Shown one piece after another: positions 12,177 to 31,800 of a stretch of 64,000 nt of DNA. The notes below the pieces were generated by a model. The model saw nothing but the letters and a program-made list of their open reading frames with translations. It did no database searches and was not told where the DNA came from. How positions within the stretch are numbered: position 1 is the stretch's first letter; each line of letters starts with the position of its first letter. The stretch lies in the NCBI RefSeq assembly GCF_009914755.1, contig NC_060939.1. One strand, 5' to 3'. Position numbers and translations under genes: made by a program. Source of the stretch: the human T2T-CHM13v2.0 reference genome, Homo sapiens.

Positions 12177-13520
12177 CCACCCTCTGTCCACACCCCGATC
12201 CTCCCTCACCCCTTCAATTGCTGGACAAGGGACCCTTGCCTGAGGACGCCCTCGGATCCCTCCTGTGAGACAAGGAGCTGCAGATAACCCCAACCTCTAC
12301 ACAGACAGAAAGGAGCAGATTTCATAAAAAGCAGGGAATTTTTAAAATGTGAGTAATTTTTAAAAATACAATCTCCGCGTAAAACCCACTTAGAAAACTT
12401 TGTGCTTTCTGATTAATAGAGAGCAAATCACTTACCCAGGGCTATTGGATGCTGTAATTTTTTAAGGTTTTAAATATGCTTTTATTTGTTTCCCCCTGAT
12501 GGTCTGAGGCTTCTATTCTTGCTAACTTTTTAGTTCTCCTTGTCCTGGGGACACAGGGTATGGGGCAGGACCTCCCTGGATTAAAGGAAGTGAGTCAGAC
12601 ATGCCACCGCCCGCAGGTTCCAGGACAGTTCTGGTCTGAATGCAGTCCCGACGCGAGTGCTGTTCCCTGGGAGCTGAGACCCGCAAAGATGCCCTTCCAC
12701 CACCCTCTCCCCACGGTTCTTTCGTGCTGCTGCGTTCCTGGAGGCTGAGCTTCTGTCCCATCCTGTCTCCTTTGTGTGTTTCAAACCTCTTTCCAATTTC
12801 TGTTATACTGATGCTGTTCTCCTTTCCGGTACTATTACATGATTTTCTTCCCATTTCTCATGATTCAGAGCCCATGGTGGGTGAGGGGGACAGTTGGGTG
12901 GTCCACACCTGAGACTTCATGCATCCTGTGAGGCTGAGTCACAGGCCTGGGGGTCCTTGAATCCCTCTTATCCCACAAGGGAGATCCTCCTGGAATCTCA
13001 GCAGATTGGAGAGCCCAGCTGAGAAGAATCTGCTATCCTATTAGTGCCCTTGGTTTTGAGGTGGCTGTAAAATCCCCTGCTAGAGGCGGAAGAGAGAGGA
13101 TCGCACCCCAGTATCGGACTGCTGTGGGCAAGTTGGTGAAATCAAATGTATTGTTACTTTCTGAGAATCAGCACCCACATTTTCTGCATTTAAGGATTTT
13201 ATGGAGCACAACAAAATCCACAGCAGTCACAGCAACTGAGAGAGAACGCCAGGCCACACTCCCTAGGCATTCCTGGAGAGGTGTTCTATGCCTTAAGGAT
13301 GAACAATAGAGAATTTGATTTAAAAAATTGATGGAAAGTTAATGTTGAAAGAAGTCAGGGTGAAATAAAAGCATGAGATGCTGTATGGGATGTGAAGATT
13401 TCTAGGAGACAATAATAATAGACAAGCAAATGAAGACTGGTGTAGAGTGAAAGTTAGGTGGCCAGGATACGACAAGGGCACTGCAGCCAGGATTCCTGTC
13501 CCGGGGACAATCGGCACAAA

Positions 13521-14320
13521 GAGTCTGCACCTGGGAGGACAGGGGCCTTCAGTGTGTGATCTGTACTGAGGGTCTGCACCTGAGAGGACAGGGGCTTTCA
13601 GTGTGTGATCCCTACTGAGAGTCTGCACCTGGGTGGACAGAAGCCTTCTCTATGTGATCGGTACTGAGGGTCTGTACCTCAGAGGACAGGGGCCTTCAGT
13701 GTGTGATCTGTACTGAAGGTCTGCATTGAGAGGACAGGGACCTTCAGTGTATGATCTGTACTGAGGGTCTGCACCTGGGAGCACAGGGGCCTTCAGTGTG
13801 TGATCTGTACTGAGAGTCTGCACCTGGGAAGACAGGTTCCTTCAGTGTGTGATCCGTACTAAGGGTCTGCACCTGGGAGGACAGGGCCCTTCAGTGTGTG
13901 ATCTGTATTGAGGGTCTGCACCTGGGAAGACAGGTTCCTTCAGTGTGTGATCCGTACTGAGGGTCTGCACCTGGGAGGACAGGGCCCTTCAGTGTGTGAT
14001 CTGTATTGAGGGTCTGCACCTGGGAAGACAGGTTCCTTCAGTGTGTGATCCGTACTGAGGGTCTGCACCTGGGAGGACAGAGGACAGGGACTTTCAGTGT
14101 GTGAACTGTACTGAGGGTCTGTACCTGGGAGCACAGGGGCCTTCAGTGTTTTTTGTTTGTTTGTTTATTTGTTTTCTGTAATGAGAGTATGCACCTGGGA
14201 GGAGAGGTGCCTTTGGTGTTTTTTTTTCCTGTACTAAGGGTGTGCGCCTGGGAAAATAGTGCCTTTTGTGTGTGATCTGTACTGACAGCGTGCTCCCATG
14301 ATGACAGGGTCTTCAGTTGT
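13521..14320. repeat. 49-bp minisatellite (VNTR): about 12.5 good copies plus degenerate copies trailing to ~14580
   Basis: Unit GGGTCTGCACCTGGGAGGACAGGGGCCTTCAGTGTGTGATCTGTACTGA; starts at 13521, 13570, 13619, 13668, 13717, 13765, 13814, 13863, 13912, 13961, 14010, 14059, 14115. Confidence 0.97.
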
Positions 14321-17052
14321 AATCTTCTCTTAGAGTTTGCAAATGTTTGGACATTGTGTCATCTTTTGATGTTTGGTATTGAGTGTCTATATGGGTGAAG
14401 TTAGGGGCCATTTTTTTGTCACTTGCACTGAGAGTGTGCACACGAGACCTGCATTCCTTCCATGTGTTATTTGTGCTGAGAGTCTGTGTGTTCTGAAAAG
14501 CCCCTTCACTTTGTTTTTCACTAATACTCTGCACATTTGAGGACAGGGATCCTTCTTTGTGACCTGTAGCGACCATCTGCACCAATGAAGGAAAAAGGCC
14601 TCCAGCATTTGATCTTGCTTAGATTGTTGCTTTGTGTGGATGGGATGGATTTCTGCATAGATCATTCTCAGTCTGTTTTTGTACAGAGATGATTAATTTG
14701 CTTTTCTATTCTCTGATCTGTGTCATCTCATGCTATCCTCAACTTTACTTGCTTTACATATAAATTGAGTATTGCAAAATTAAGTAAACTCTTAATAATG
14801 AGAAGTAAACTTCTTAGTAATTCTTAGATGGGCTGAATTACAACCTTTCATCTTACTGCTTTGTCCTTGGCACACACTAATTACTTCCTGAGTCATCTGG
14901 TTTTGGTTTCCTTATGCTGTTGCTATGATCATTCAATGGATCATGGATGTAGAAAGAGTATCTTGCTCCCCTGGAATACTCACAGATGGAATGAGCTTGT
15001 TTTGTATCTTGGAATGGTTTAGGGAGCCACAGACGGACAAGGAAGATTTTGCCTTCTATGCCACAGTAGAAACATGACAATGTACGGGGATGGGAACAGC
15101 CTGGTGTGCTCAGAGACCAGACTAAGCTTTAATTTAATTGTAATAACCCTGGTGATTTGGGGAATGAGGGTTAGAGATTGGACAATGTGAACTGGAGACA
15201 GATTCTGAAGGACTGGTAGAGTTTGGATTATGGAAGGGTTTAAGCACTTGCAAACAAAATTGATTTTTTTGTTCTTACTCACACCAATGTGTGTTCAACT
15301 GGGGAAAGATCGTAGAGGTAACTCCTGAAGAAATTACTGTGGTGGGTCCAATGGGTGCAATAGATTTGGATCCATAGAACTTGTCCTGGTGGAAGATAAG
15401 GCAGGCATCAAACAGGGGTGGAGAGCAGATGGGAATACTGTGTTTCCTTATTGATCAAGGAGAGGGAGGGAAAGGAAGAGGGACTCCCAGTGTGCAGGGG
15501 CAGAGAGCAGTGTAGAGCTCAGATGTCTTTCTGGTCCAGGGTTGACCTTGGAATCATATATCTGCTCACGTGTCTTTTTATTTAAGACATCTTTTGCCTA
15601 TAGGTGAGGGGGCGAGAGGACCTTCTCCCAATTAAATAACAATAATAATAGTAATGACTTTTTAACGGCATGTCCTAAAGTCTATTATTAGAATATAGTA
15701 CGCCTGCTGCAGGCTCATAACCTCATTAACTTGGAAATAATGCAGTATGGGCAATTAGGATGATAAACCACTTATGCAATTTCATAGTATGACATTAATG
15801 AATGTACTTGGGAAGCATTTCCTTAGCACCAAGGCCACAGGAAAAGTCAAGGGGAGACAGGTGCCAGTGGATGTAAACAGTACAGATCAGTGGAGGGCCG
15901 TATATTTGAAAGCCTAGCTGTGTGTTGGTTGAGTAGGTCCCTTCCAAACTATGCTGTGCAGGTTATGATGGGGAAGGGAACAGAGACAGCCCAGCGCCTT
16001 GCGGACGGGGCAGGAAGGCTCTGGGCTCTACAGCACTGGACATCCAAAGTTTCCTCTATGCCTATACCCTGGGGTCTCTACCAAACCCAATTCCTGGGTA
16101 GAGAATGATCACCTTAAAGAAATGCTGGAAATCCAGAGACCCTTACACTGGTTCATAATTAAGAAAGCAATGCTGACAAAATCCCAACAGGAGCCCCATG
16201 CAGAGGATCTTGGCTGGCTATGTCTTTTAGTGATCCAGAACAGTGCCTGGAAAAGCCATTAAGAAATTACGAGTTGAAGATTAGCTGAGAAAAGGCAAGA
16301 AATTGAATGAAGTCAGTCTAAGTGTGCCATCAGGCATTTTTCTAGCTGTCTGCTCAGAAAGGTCTTTAAAGGGTGACCAATCAGCATGTCAGAGATGAAA
16401 TTGGATGCTGTGAGAATCTCAGGTAAGCAGCCCATGAAAAGGAGGGAGCTTTCCAGATATGCCTTCTTCCTGGAGACCTTTCCTCTCTAGTGCATGTTTA
16501 TGGATGGTTCAGGATCCAGGGGCATAAAATTCAGCCAATTTACAATAAGCAGAAAATATTGGCAAGATTTCACTTAGGAGATTGCAGATCCAGGTGTGTG
16601 AATCAACCACAAACACCACCACAGAGTACTCATGGTGGATGGTGCCCCCACACCAGTGCCCAGGACAGGCAAACAGGCTGTCAGTTCTGCCCACCTGATG
16701 CTAGACACCCAGATGGAGCTCTGCACTGCACCAGGCCGTGTGTGATGCTCACTGGAGGGCCTACGCACAGCCTTTCCTCCCGGGGAACTATGGCCATGTC
16801 TGCCGAAAGAGGTAATTCTCTGACAGTACAGCAACTGGAAATGAGAAGGTCTCAGGGGAGCATGGAGTTATAGAAAAATGAAGCAGAAGACATTGAGGTT
16901 GTTTCCCAAGACCTGTTCCCAGAGACCTCATAAATATCTCTGTCCAAGAGCAGAGGATCCCGCTCCAGTGGCCTGAGCACTCCAGGCTCCAGTTTGCTTT
17001 TCTGTAGGCTCTATGCTCTTTCCTTAGGCTTATGGCTTCTTCCTTTTTATAG

Positions 17053-17369
<317 letters not shown>

Positions 17370-17761
17370 AGGAGACACTGCTCCTGATACATCCAAGCTA
17401 CAGCCATGATGCTGTTGGCGTGAGCCTAGGAGATAGGTGCACGCTTCCCACTGGCACAAGCTTCCCTGTAGCCTCTCGAACAGTTCTGAAGCTGTGACTA
17501 AGGAGCAGCTATACCAAGGCCTCCCACACCCATATTTGTTCTCCTTCTTGTGGAGTGCTCTGTCGACCTGATGCAGGGTAAGGATTGGCCAGAGCAGATC
17601 CCCGAAGTCGTGTGACCCTGGCCCTATGAATCATCATGGAAAACAACTCCTCCTTGGGGAAGGTGCCTAAAAAAGAGGAGTTCAAGACACTTTATGCATA
17701 ACCTAATATAATAGCTAAGGAACCCAGCAAAGCTGCTTGATTAAAAAGCTCTGTGTGTATA

Positions 17762-19071
<1,310 letters not shown>

Positions 19072-20398
19072 CATTGTAAAGGATGAAATTCAGATCAGAG
19101 GATTGTCGAGGGCTGGAGGTAGGTCCTCAAGCTCACACTCCTGCCTTCACCCAGGAGGCAAGAGAGACTAGAAGTCCAGCTGAGGTGAAGGTGTAATGAG
19201 CCAAATAGAGTCAGGACTGAGACTCCAGCCTCCTGAATTCTACTGCATCAAACTTCCCCTGCACCTCTTGCAGATGCAGATTCCCACAGGCCCCTCTGCA
19301 TCTTTGCTTAGGGTGCACTTCCCCACTCCCTGTCTGCCTAGATGAATACTGCATGGGCTGTTGAACAGCGTGATTGGGGTTGTACCGATATGCACATTCC
19401 ATCCAGTCTGCCAACGTGAGTTGAATTAATTCCAATTTCGTTAAGGAAGCTGAGGACAACCTGAAGTTCTACTGAATGGAATCCTTTTCAGAAGAGAAGA
19501 ACATTTAAGTAGATTACAGTTTGATATTGTTGGCCATTTTCTGTTGAATAGTGGAGGGATGGGGGTAGTGAGCTGCATCGCTTCATAGGGTGGAAAATGG
19601 CTTATTTCTGGCTCATCTGAAGTTCCATGGCTTTTTTGATATGATTAAACAAGGCATAAATGAAGCACTGGCACATGTTCAATGCAACAACACCCCTTTG
19701 TGAATCTATTATACACTGGGAACCGAGCTGTGTCCTCAGGATCTAAAGCTGAAGGAGGCACAGGCATCAGGATGGTGGCAATCTCGCAGCATCACTCCAA
19801 TAAAGGAGGCATCTGGCATTGTGAGAACACAGACTAGAGAGCAATGCATACTTCCAGGAAGTGGATAGGCTTGAGACATGCTGGAGGCAGGAGGCAGCCT
19901 TTGACTGAAGCTTGGGGCAAACCAGTTGGGGCCTGGGACAGAGGGGGCAGATGGCCATGACTGCTGTGACTTGATTGGGGAGTGTCTGGACATGAGACTT
20001 GACAGGCCTGGGGCCTTCAAGGGGAGCCTCACGGGAAGCAGTCGTTGAAGACAGAAGTGGCAAAAAAAGAAAAAAAAATGTGGTTCCTTTTTTAGAACAA
20101 AGACTCTGGCCACAGTGCGGGGAGAGAGGGCACAGGCTGCTGTCTTTGCAGGAGTGTCAGGAACCTTGTAGAGAAGATGCCAGGCTGAGTCCGAGCCCAG
20201 CTGTGCAGGAGAGGAGGGACAGGTATGATGGATGTTTCTAGGGCAGAACAGACAGGAAGCGGGGGAGGGAAGGAAGGAAAGACGGAGGTGGGGATGCATC
20301 TGAGGTCTCCCGTTTGAAAGCTGGGAGAAGAATGACACCTTTTAATGAGACAGGCCAGTTGATGGAGGTTTGGGGGAGAAGCAAGGTGTGCTCATTTA

Positions 20399-20582
20399 AA
20401 AAGTTTTATTTTAGAATAACTAGACTTATGGGAAAATTTCAAAATAGTACAGAGAATTCCAGTAAATCCTTCACCCAGCTTCCCCTAATTGTGAGCATCT
20501 ACAGTGCGATGATCAAAACCAGGAAACAAACAATGATACAATATTATTATAAAAACTACAGAATTTATTCATATTTTTCCAG
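20399..20582 (-). mobile_element. L1MC-type 3' UTR fragment
   Basis: AAAATAGTACAGAGAATTCC...CCTTCACCCAGCTTCCCCTAAT...ATCAAAACCAGGAAA. Confidence 0.7.
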
Positions 20583-20791
20583 CTAAGCGGCTTATTTTTA
20601 GATCTCTGGGTTGAGGTGCTAACAGACTTCCCTGGAGCCCAGGATTATAACATGTGTAATGAGACCTTTGCTTTCTCTTTCCATCTGTGCTCAGCTCCGC
20701 ACTTCATTTCATTTACCTTATTGGTGGATAGATGATTTCTTTTTCAATCCCTTGGATGTGATTTTATTTTAGGTTATCATATAAGATGAAA

Positions 20792-20835
20792 GATACACAC
20801 ACACACACACACACGTGTGTGTGTGTGTGTGTATC
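20792..20835. repeat. Palindromic compound microsatellite GAT(AC)10(GT)9ATC
   Basis: Read directly. Confidence 0.95.
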
Positions 20836-21989
20836 CTCTTCCCCTCTGTGATTTCAGAATTCTTTTTAACTTGCAACAGTTCAATCCACTTACCTCCACT
20901 GCGCCTTCCCAGTGGAACTCTCACAGTCACCAGGCACGTCCTATGTGCTAGTGCGGTACTATCTGCTCAGTCCTCACACTAACCCTGCAGGCAAACCACG
21001 ACACACTGGGATCCGGGAGCTGATCAGCTCACCTCCTGCAGGCAGCCGAGGAACCGAGTGTGAACCCCGAGCGCTGCTCCTAACTGTCATGTGCATAAGC
21101 ATCTCAATGCACGTTTTGCTTGTGTTTTCTCGATTTCCTGTTCCTTATGTTTTCTCAATTTTTCTTCACAATGATATCTTTTTAGGCCCTTTTCCTTTCC
21201 CTTGTGATTTGGAAGGTGATAGTCTTTTCACCTTACCAGCAGTTGTTCTTACGTTGCTGGAACTCCCCTGCAAGCTCTTATCAAGTGCTTCCCTGCTGTC
21301 CCATCCAGTGAATTCACTTCGTGTGGTCCTCATCCAACTCAGCCCCTGAGCAGCTTTGGGATTGGGGGACCATGCCTTCCTTCTCCAAACTCTTCCCTCA
21401 CTCCTTCTATGACACCAGAGCTGCACCTGCCTCCCTGCTGGCACCCCCTGTTCTACTGCACTCTCTATGTCAGTTTGCCTTCAGCCTTGGACCTGGGGTA
21501 TTTCCTTGTCTCTCTTTATCTGCACCTTTCCTGTGTGATCTCCTACAGTCGGTTGCTCTACGTCCCAGCCCCAATCCATAGCTCCAGGTGTAATCCCTCT
21601 TCTGCGAGACTGACTGCTGGAAAACTCAGCTCGGACGTCCCATAGGGGACTCACCCCTAACAGGCTGGTTATTGCACTCTTGTTCCCACATGCTCTCCTG
21701 TCCTGCCCCAAGGAGTCACTCTTTTTTCCTCCTTTCCCTCACTCCCCGCAACCAAGTCATCAGCAAGTCCTGCAGATTCTAAGAAAATGCATATCGCTTT
21801 ATTCACTTCTCTCTGCTTGCCCTGCACCCATAGCTCTTCCAAGGTCAATTGCAAGGCCTAAGTCATCTCCTCTACCTCCCATGCACTCTCTTTGAGTGGA
21901 CTTTTGTCATTGTAAGTCCATTATGTCACTCCTTTGCTTAAGGAAACAAGTGCTTCATCCACTGCTTGTGAAAATGCAAAATGTTACAG

Positions 21990-22480
21990 AACACAATGCA
22001 GGGAAATTGGGAATGTCTGTCAATATGACAAACGCAACTACCCTTTGACTCAGTAATGCCTTCCAGGAATTTGTCTTTTGTACATATTTGCACACATGCA
22101 AAGTAATAAATGCACAAACTTATTGTAAGCAGCATTGAAACAACAAAATTTCCAGACAACTCAAAATCCCATCAAGAAGAAGCTGGATAAATAAGCTATG
22201 GTAATCAACACAATAGAACACTTTGAAGCAGTGAAAAAAATTTTGAGGAAGCCCTCCATATGCTGATATGAAAATATCTCCAGGATATACTGTTAACGAA
22301 AAAGAAGGTTGAAAATAGTATTTTATAGTATGCTATCTTTTTTATATAAAGAGAGAAATAAAAATTTATCTTTACTTGAGTGTGAGGGTGGTGAGGTCAA
22401 CAAGAAAGAGAAGTGAGGCTTCCCATTGTATAATTTATGATAGTGTTTTTATGTGATTTTTGAATCTTGTTGAATATATT
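21990..22480 (+). mobile_element. Old L1ME 3' fragment
   Basis: CCCTTTGACTCAGTAAT, TGGATAAATAAGCTATGGTA, ATCTCCAGGATATACTGTTAA. Confidence 0.65.
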
Positions 22481-23375
22481 AATCACTCTCTCTCTTTCTC
22501 ACATACACACACACACTCACACTTCAGGGACTTCTACCTGCTTCATGCTTCTAGTGGAGATCCGCACTTCTTCACATGGGCTACTCAATCAGGTCTCCCC
22601 CTCCTCCTCCATCCTCCCGCTGGATGTTCCCTCTCACTAACTGCTCAGCTACTTGGCCTGTGTTCTGTTCCTTGCCAACTTCAGGCCCCTCCAGTCTCCG
22701 TGCCTCCCTGGAACACACATTTCCCTGCTCTTCACGTGGCTGGGTCTTCACCTTTCTCAGGGTGCAGCACACAAACCAATCCTGCAGAAAGGGCCTCCCT
22801 GGCCCAGCAGTGCACAGGGCGTTGTCTCCCATCTTTCTCCATCCTTAACACCATTTGTTGTTGGTTTCTGGCTAGTTTGTTTTCCCCACTAGCCAGCGTG
22901 CTCCAGGAGAGCAGACACCACCTCTTATTCAAAATCCCAGGCACTCGATCTATTTTGGAATATATAAAAAAATCATGCTTAAGCCTAATTATTTATATTT
23001 ATCTAATCACAAATTTTCTAGCAAAGTTATGAAAAAGTGACTTTTTATTTTTTTCCATATTCAATGAAGAATTTTGCTCACCTTTGCTTCCTTTGATGTT
23101 CAATCTCTCCAACTGCCTCACCCCTCTCCACAAGATACTTTGGAATCTTTGGGAATTTGTCCGATTTTTTTAAACAATGTATAATTGATCTTTGATATTT
23201 AAATGTTCTTTTAAAAAACATTGGATTTTGCATGCAATTTGTTACTACGTTTATAACATATTTATACCTAAAACTATATGTTCAAACTGTTTTGATGGCT
23301 ACATCAACAATTCTGTCTCTTTCTTATCTTTGGATTCATTTTCATGTTTGTACCATGCTGCTGAAATATACCTTC

Positions 23376-23780
23376 TGTCTTCAGTCTGCTCAGGCTGCCA
23401 TAACAAAATAACACAGGCTGGGCAGCATGAACAACTGAAATTTATTTCTCACAATTCTAGGTTCTAGAAGTCTATGCTGAAAACACCAGAAAACTTGGTT
23501 TCTGGTGAGGGCTCTCTTCCTGGCTTGTAGACAGCCACCTTCTCACAGTGTGCTCACATGGCTTTTGGCCTCTGTGTGTGTGTGTGCAGAGAGAGAGACA
23601 GATTGCTGATGTCTCTTCCTGTTCTTGCAAGGACACTGGTTCTATTGGATTAGGGCCCCACCCGTATGACCTTATTTAACCTTAATTATCTTTTTAAAGG
23701 CCCTATCTCTGAATACAGCCACACTGAGGTTTAGGGTTCCAACATATGGATTAGAGTGGGGCACAATTCAATCCGTAGCA
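23376..23780 (-). mobile_element. MaLR LTR (MLT1A0-like)
   Basis: AGTCTGCTCAGGCTGCCATAACAAAATA...GGTGAGGGCTCTCTTCCTGGCTTGTAGACAGCC...ACAATTCAATCCGTAGCA. Confidence 0.9.
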
Positions 23781-24662
23781 TTCCACTCTCAGGCCTCCTC
23801 AAATTTATGTTCTTCTCACATACAAAATACACAAACCACCATTCCAACAGCCCCCAAAGTCTTATTCATTCCAGAATCAATCTAAGTTCAAATTCTCATC
23901 TGGATGTCATCCAAATCAGCTATGGGTGAGGTCCTCTCTAGCTGTAAACCTGTGAACAGACAAATTATGTGCTTCCAAACTACAATAGTGGGACAGGCTT
24001 AGGACGTACATTCCCATTTCAAAGGGGAGAAGTCAGAAAGAAAAAAGGGATGATAGGGTCCAAGCAAGTCCCAGACCCAGCAAGACAAGCTCCATCAGAT
24101 CTTAAGGCTTGAGAGGAAAATCCTCTTGGGCTCAATGCCCTACCTTTGGATCCAGTGGGGCAGCACCTTTGCCTCTGGGCCTTGTGGGGCAGCCCTGCTC
24201 CTACAGCTCTGTAGGGCAGTCCCACCCCAGTGCTTCTGGTGGAGGCCATCTACCTGCTGAAACCAAAGTGGTGGCCTGAGCCTGACCCTTTGAAGACAAC
24301 GAGGCAGCCCTGATGTTCTCTGAAACACCTTCCACGTCGTTCTTCCATTTTCTTGATGAAACAGTCCACGTTCACAGCCAATTAGCACCACTGTCGTCGC
24401 CTGCAGAGTTTAAGAAGTGCCACCACCCTCCTTCATTTATTCCCTCTCTCATCCCCTTCAGTGTAAGCCAGTGGTGTAGGTGTTTCTGCTTGTATTCCCT
24501 TCAATGAGCCACACCCTTGGTTCTCTCTTCAGGATACACTTTCTCATTTTTATTTTTTATTTGCCACATGGACAGACTAAGAATTTTCCAAATCTTTAAG
24601 TTCTTGTTTCTTTTGATGTAATAATTTCTTCTTCAATTTATCTGTCTTCTGTCACATTTTAC
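23781..24662 (-). mobile_element. MaLR internal sequence (MLT1A-int-like) contiguous with the LTR
   Basis: Directly follows the LTR; CAACAGCCCCCAAAGTCTT, GCTTCCAAACTACAATAGTGGGACAGGC, ATTTTCCAAATCTTTAAG. Confidence 0.75.
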
Positions 24663-24664
24663 TA

Positions 24665-25358
24665 CAGGCATATCCAAGAGATTTTGGTTTGGTTCCAGAC
24701 CACCGCAATAAATGGTCTGAATGTTACAATAAAGTGATTCGCAGAATAGACTGCTATACTGTAATCTATTAACTGTGCAATAGCATGTTTTTAAAAATGT
24801 ACACATCTTAATTAAAAAGTACTTTATTACTAAAAACTGCTAATGATTATCTGAGCCTTCAGTGAGTTGTAATCTATTTGCTGGTAGAGGGTCCTCCCTT
24901 GACAGCTGCTGACTGATCAGGGTGGTGGTTGCTGAAGGTTGGGGTGGCTGTGGCAATTTATTTCTTTTTTTTGTTTTTGTTTTTTTGAGACTGAGTCTCA
25001 CTCTGTCGCCTAGGCTGGAATCAGTGGTGCAATCTCGCTCACTGCAACCTCCGCCTCCCGGGTTCAAGCAATTATCTTGCCTCAGCCTCCTGAGTAGCTG
25101 GGCCTATAGGCACGTGCCACCATGCACAGCTAAGTTTTTGTATTTTTAGTAGAGACGGGGTTTCACCATATTGGTCGGGCTGGTCTCGAACTCCTGACCT
25201 CATGATCTGCCTGCTTCAGCCTCCCAGAGTGCTGGGATTACAGGCGTGAGCCACTGCACCCGACGGCAATTTCTTAAAATAAGACAACTGTGAAGTTTGC
25301 TGCATTGATGGACTCTTCCTCTCATGAAAGATTTCTCTGTTGCATGCATTGCTGTTTG
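24665..25358 (-). mobile_element. Tigger1 terminal fragment (TcMar), split by an Alu
   Basis: TA then TIR-like CAGGCATA...GGTTCCAGACCACCGCAATAAA; CTGATCAGGGTGGTGGTTGCTGAAGGTTGGGGTGGCTGTGGCAATTT...CTTAAAATAAGACAAC. Confidence 0.9.
24960..25264 (-). mobile_element. AluS (Sg-like)
   Basis: Antisense Alu; TSD GGCAATTT within Tigger1. Confidence 0.95.
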
Positions 25359-25823
25359 TTTTGGTAGGCGTGGCGGGGGGGAGCTTAGAAAAAATGTCTT
25401 ATATAATACCAAGACCTATTATTCAAACCGATAGGGAGCCATTTCCATTCTTAAGCTTTATTTTGAAATATATGTCTTCATTTTTATAGGATGTGAGCAA
25501 AGCTTTGAAATTAAATTATTCTGTTTAAATTCAGCCTAGAATTCAAGGATAAATATTTATTCTATCAAAGTAGAGTTTGAATATTCTTCTCCATGTCTCC
25601 TCAGCCTCTTCCAACTTTTTCCTTCATTTCTCTCTGCCTATATTTTTTGCACTTCCCCTGCATCCATCTTTCTTCTACATGAGCCCACCTTTCATTTCCC
25701 TGTCGCTTCTCCTGGGTTCTTCCATCACGCTGTCTCTTATGTACAAATTGCTACCACTCTATTGGTCTGTCTCCAGATTCTTTCTGTCACTGTTTTTCTT
25801 CTGCTTGCCCTACCCTCTCTTAA

Positions 25824-26192
<369 letters not shown>

Positions 26193-26433
26193 TTTTCTCA
26201 TCATTTCTTAAGTTCTTATTATATGTGGGCCTTTTACCTTACCTCTTAGCTCTATCAGTGTTTTGCTTCCTATGCCTGAGAACACACACATTCCCTGTGG
26301 GAAGCAGGGGTAGAAAATTCACACAGCAAGCAACCAGGGGTGGAAGGGCAAGCTGTGGAGATATCCTGCTCAGCAGAGCCCTGCACACCTTGCAGGCAAG
26401 GGCATTCCATCCAACTTCACACTGACATTTTGC

Positions 26434-26545
26434 TAAAGTAACCAACAGTCTTGGTTTGCCCGGGACTGTACTAGTTTGTCACTGAAGGTCTTGTGTTCTG
26501 GGAAATATCTCAGTTTCAGGCAAATCAGGACAGCTGATTACTCAA
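26434..26545. mobile_element. MER81-like hAT MITE
   Basis: TAAAGTAACCAACAGTCTTGGTTTGCCCGGGACTGT...GGCAAATCAGGACAGCTGATTACTC; degenerate terminal inverted repeats, ~112 bp. Confidence 0.7.
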
Positions 26546-27389
26546 CATCTTACTTTCTTTACATCTTTTTGCATAGCCCTTTCATCAAACTATGCTCACC
26601 TCAACATTCAGCCTTACATTGTTCTTCTTTCTATAGTAACTGCCTGGTGGGACCATTGTTGTTACCAAGTCTCCCTTGCACCTTGCCCAGATGAGTGCAG
26701 TACTGTCTCTTGATTGACACATTGTTGTTGTTGTTGTTGTTCCCTGGCTTTAGCCTACCCTGTACTTATCCTTTCTCTACCTGTTTTAGCATGTACCAGG
26801 CAGATTCAGTTACGGGAACCCGTGTGGCCCCATTGAAAGGATGCTCTTAATGCCGGGAGGTATCTTTCTCTGTACATAAAAATCACCCCTGGTATGTCAT
26901 CTTGTTTATGGAGTAGTGCCAGAGATACCTGGCCTTACCTCATACTTCACCTCCTTTTGCCTACTGTGATCTCTCTTTCTGCCCACCCTAGCTGGCCCAG
27001 GGCTTACTGAGCCTCCCCATGGCCTTTGAGCTATGGCTGTATTTATTGGTGTCTAATCTGGTTTTACCATTCAGCTTGGTATCTACCTAAATGACTCCAA
27101 CTTGAACTTGACCTGCATACCAGGCCCTATGTGGCACAGAAGATGCTAGGTGCAGGAGGCAAGCCAATTTTCTGCCCCTGCTATTAAGTCTTCCCTAAGC
27201 CGTCTCCTTGAACTTGTGTTTCTCTGCATGTTGGTGCATTTAACTCTCCCAGTGGATCTGTTTTCATTTCTCAGAACCCTTATTCTCTCCTGCCCGGTGC
27301 TTCTGTTTCTTGGTGTTTTAGCCAGGGATGATTTGGTAACAGGAAGAAGGAAGCCACTCAAACTAACTTATAAAAAAGTTGATAGCAGG

Positions 27390-27576
27390 CAATAAAATAA
27401 TAAATAGATAATATGAACTTCATCCAAATTTAAAACTTGTGTACATTGGACGACACTATCAAAAGAGTGAAAAGACAACACACAGAATGGGAGGAAGTAT
27501 TTACAACTCATATGTCGATAAAGGATTATTATCCAGAATGCATAAAGAATTCCTACGGCTCAACAACAAAAAACAG
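27390..27576 (+). mobile_element. Old L1 ORF2 3' fragment
   Basis: ACTATCAAAAGAGTGAAAAGACAA...ACAGAATGGGAG...TCCAGAATGCATAAAGAATTCCTAC. Confidence 0.8.

Positions 27577-31800
<4,224 letters not shown>

Noticed and set aside
13051-13070. CTCF-like word CCCTGCTAGAGGCGG (also CCACCAGGGAGAC near 40848)
   Set aside because: Spacing or core GGC mismatch relative to the consensus; too weak to call
13521-14160. Regularly spaced repeats resembling a CRISPR array
   Set aside because: Units are contiguous head-to-tail with no unique spacers, in a primate context: this is a minisatellite
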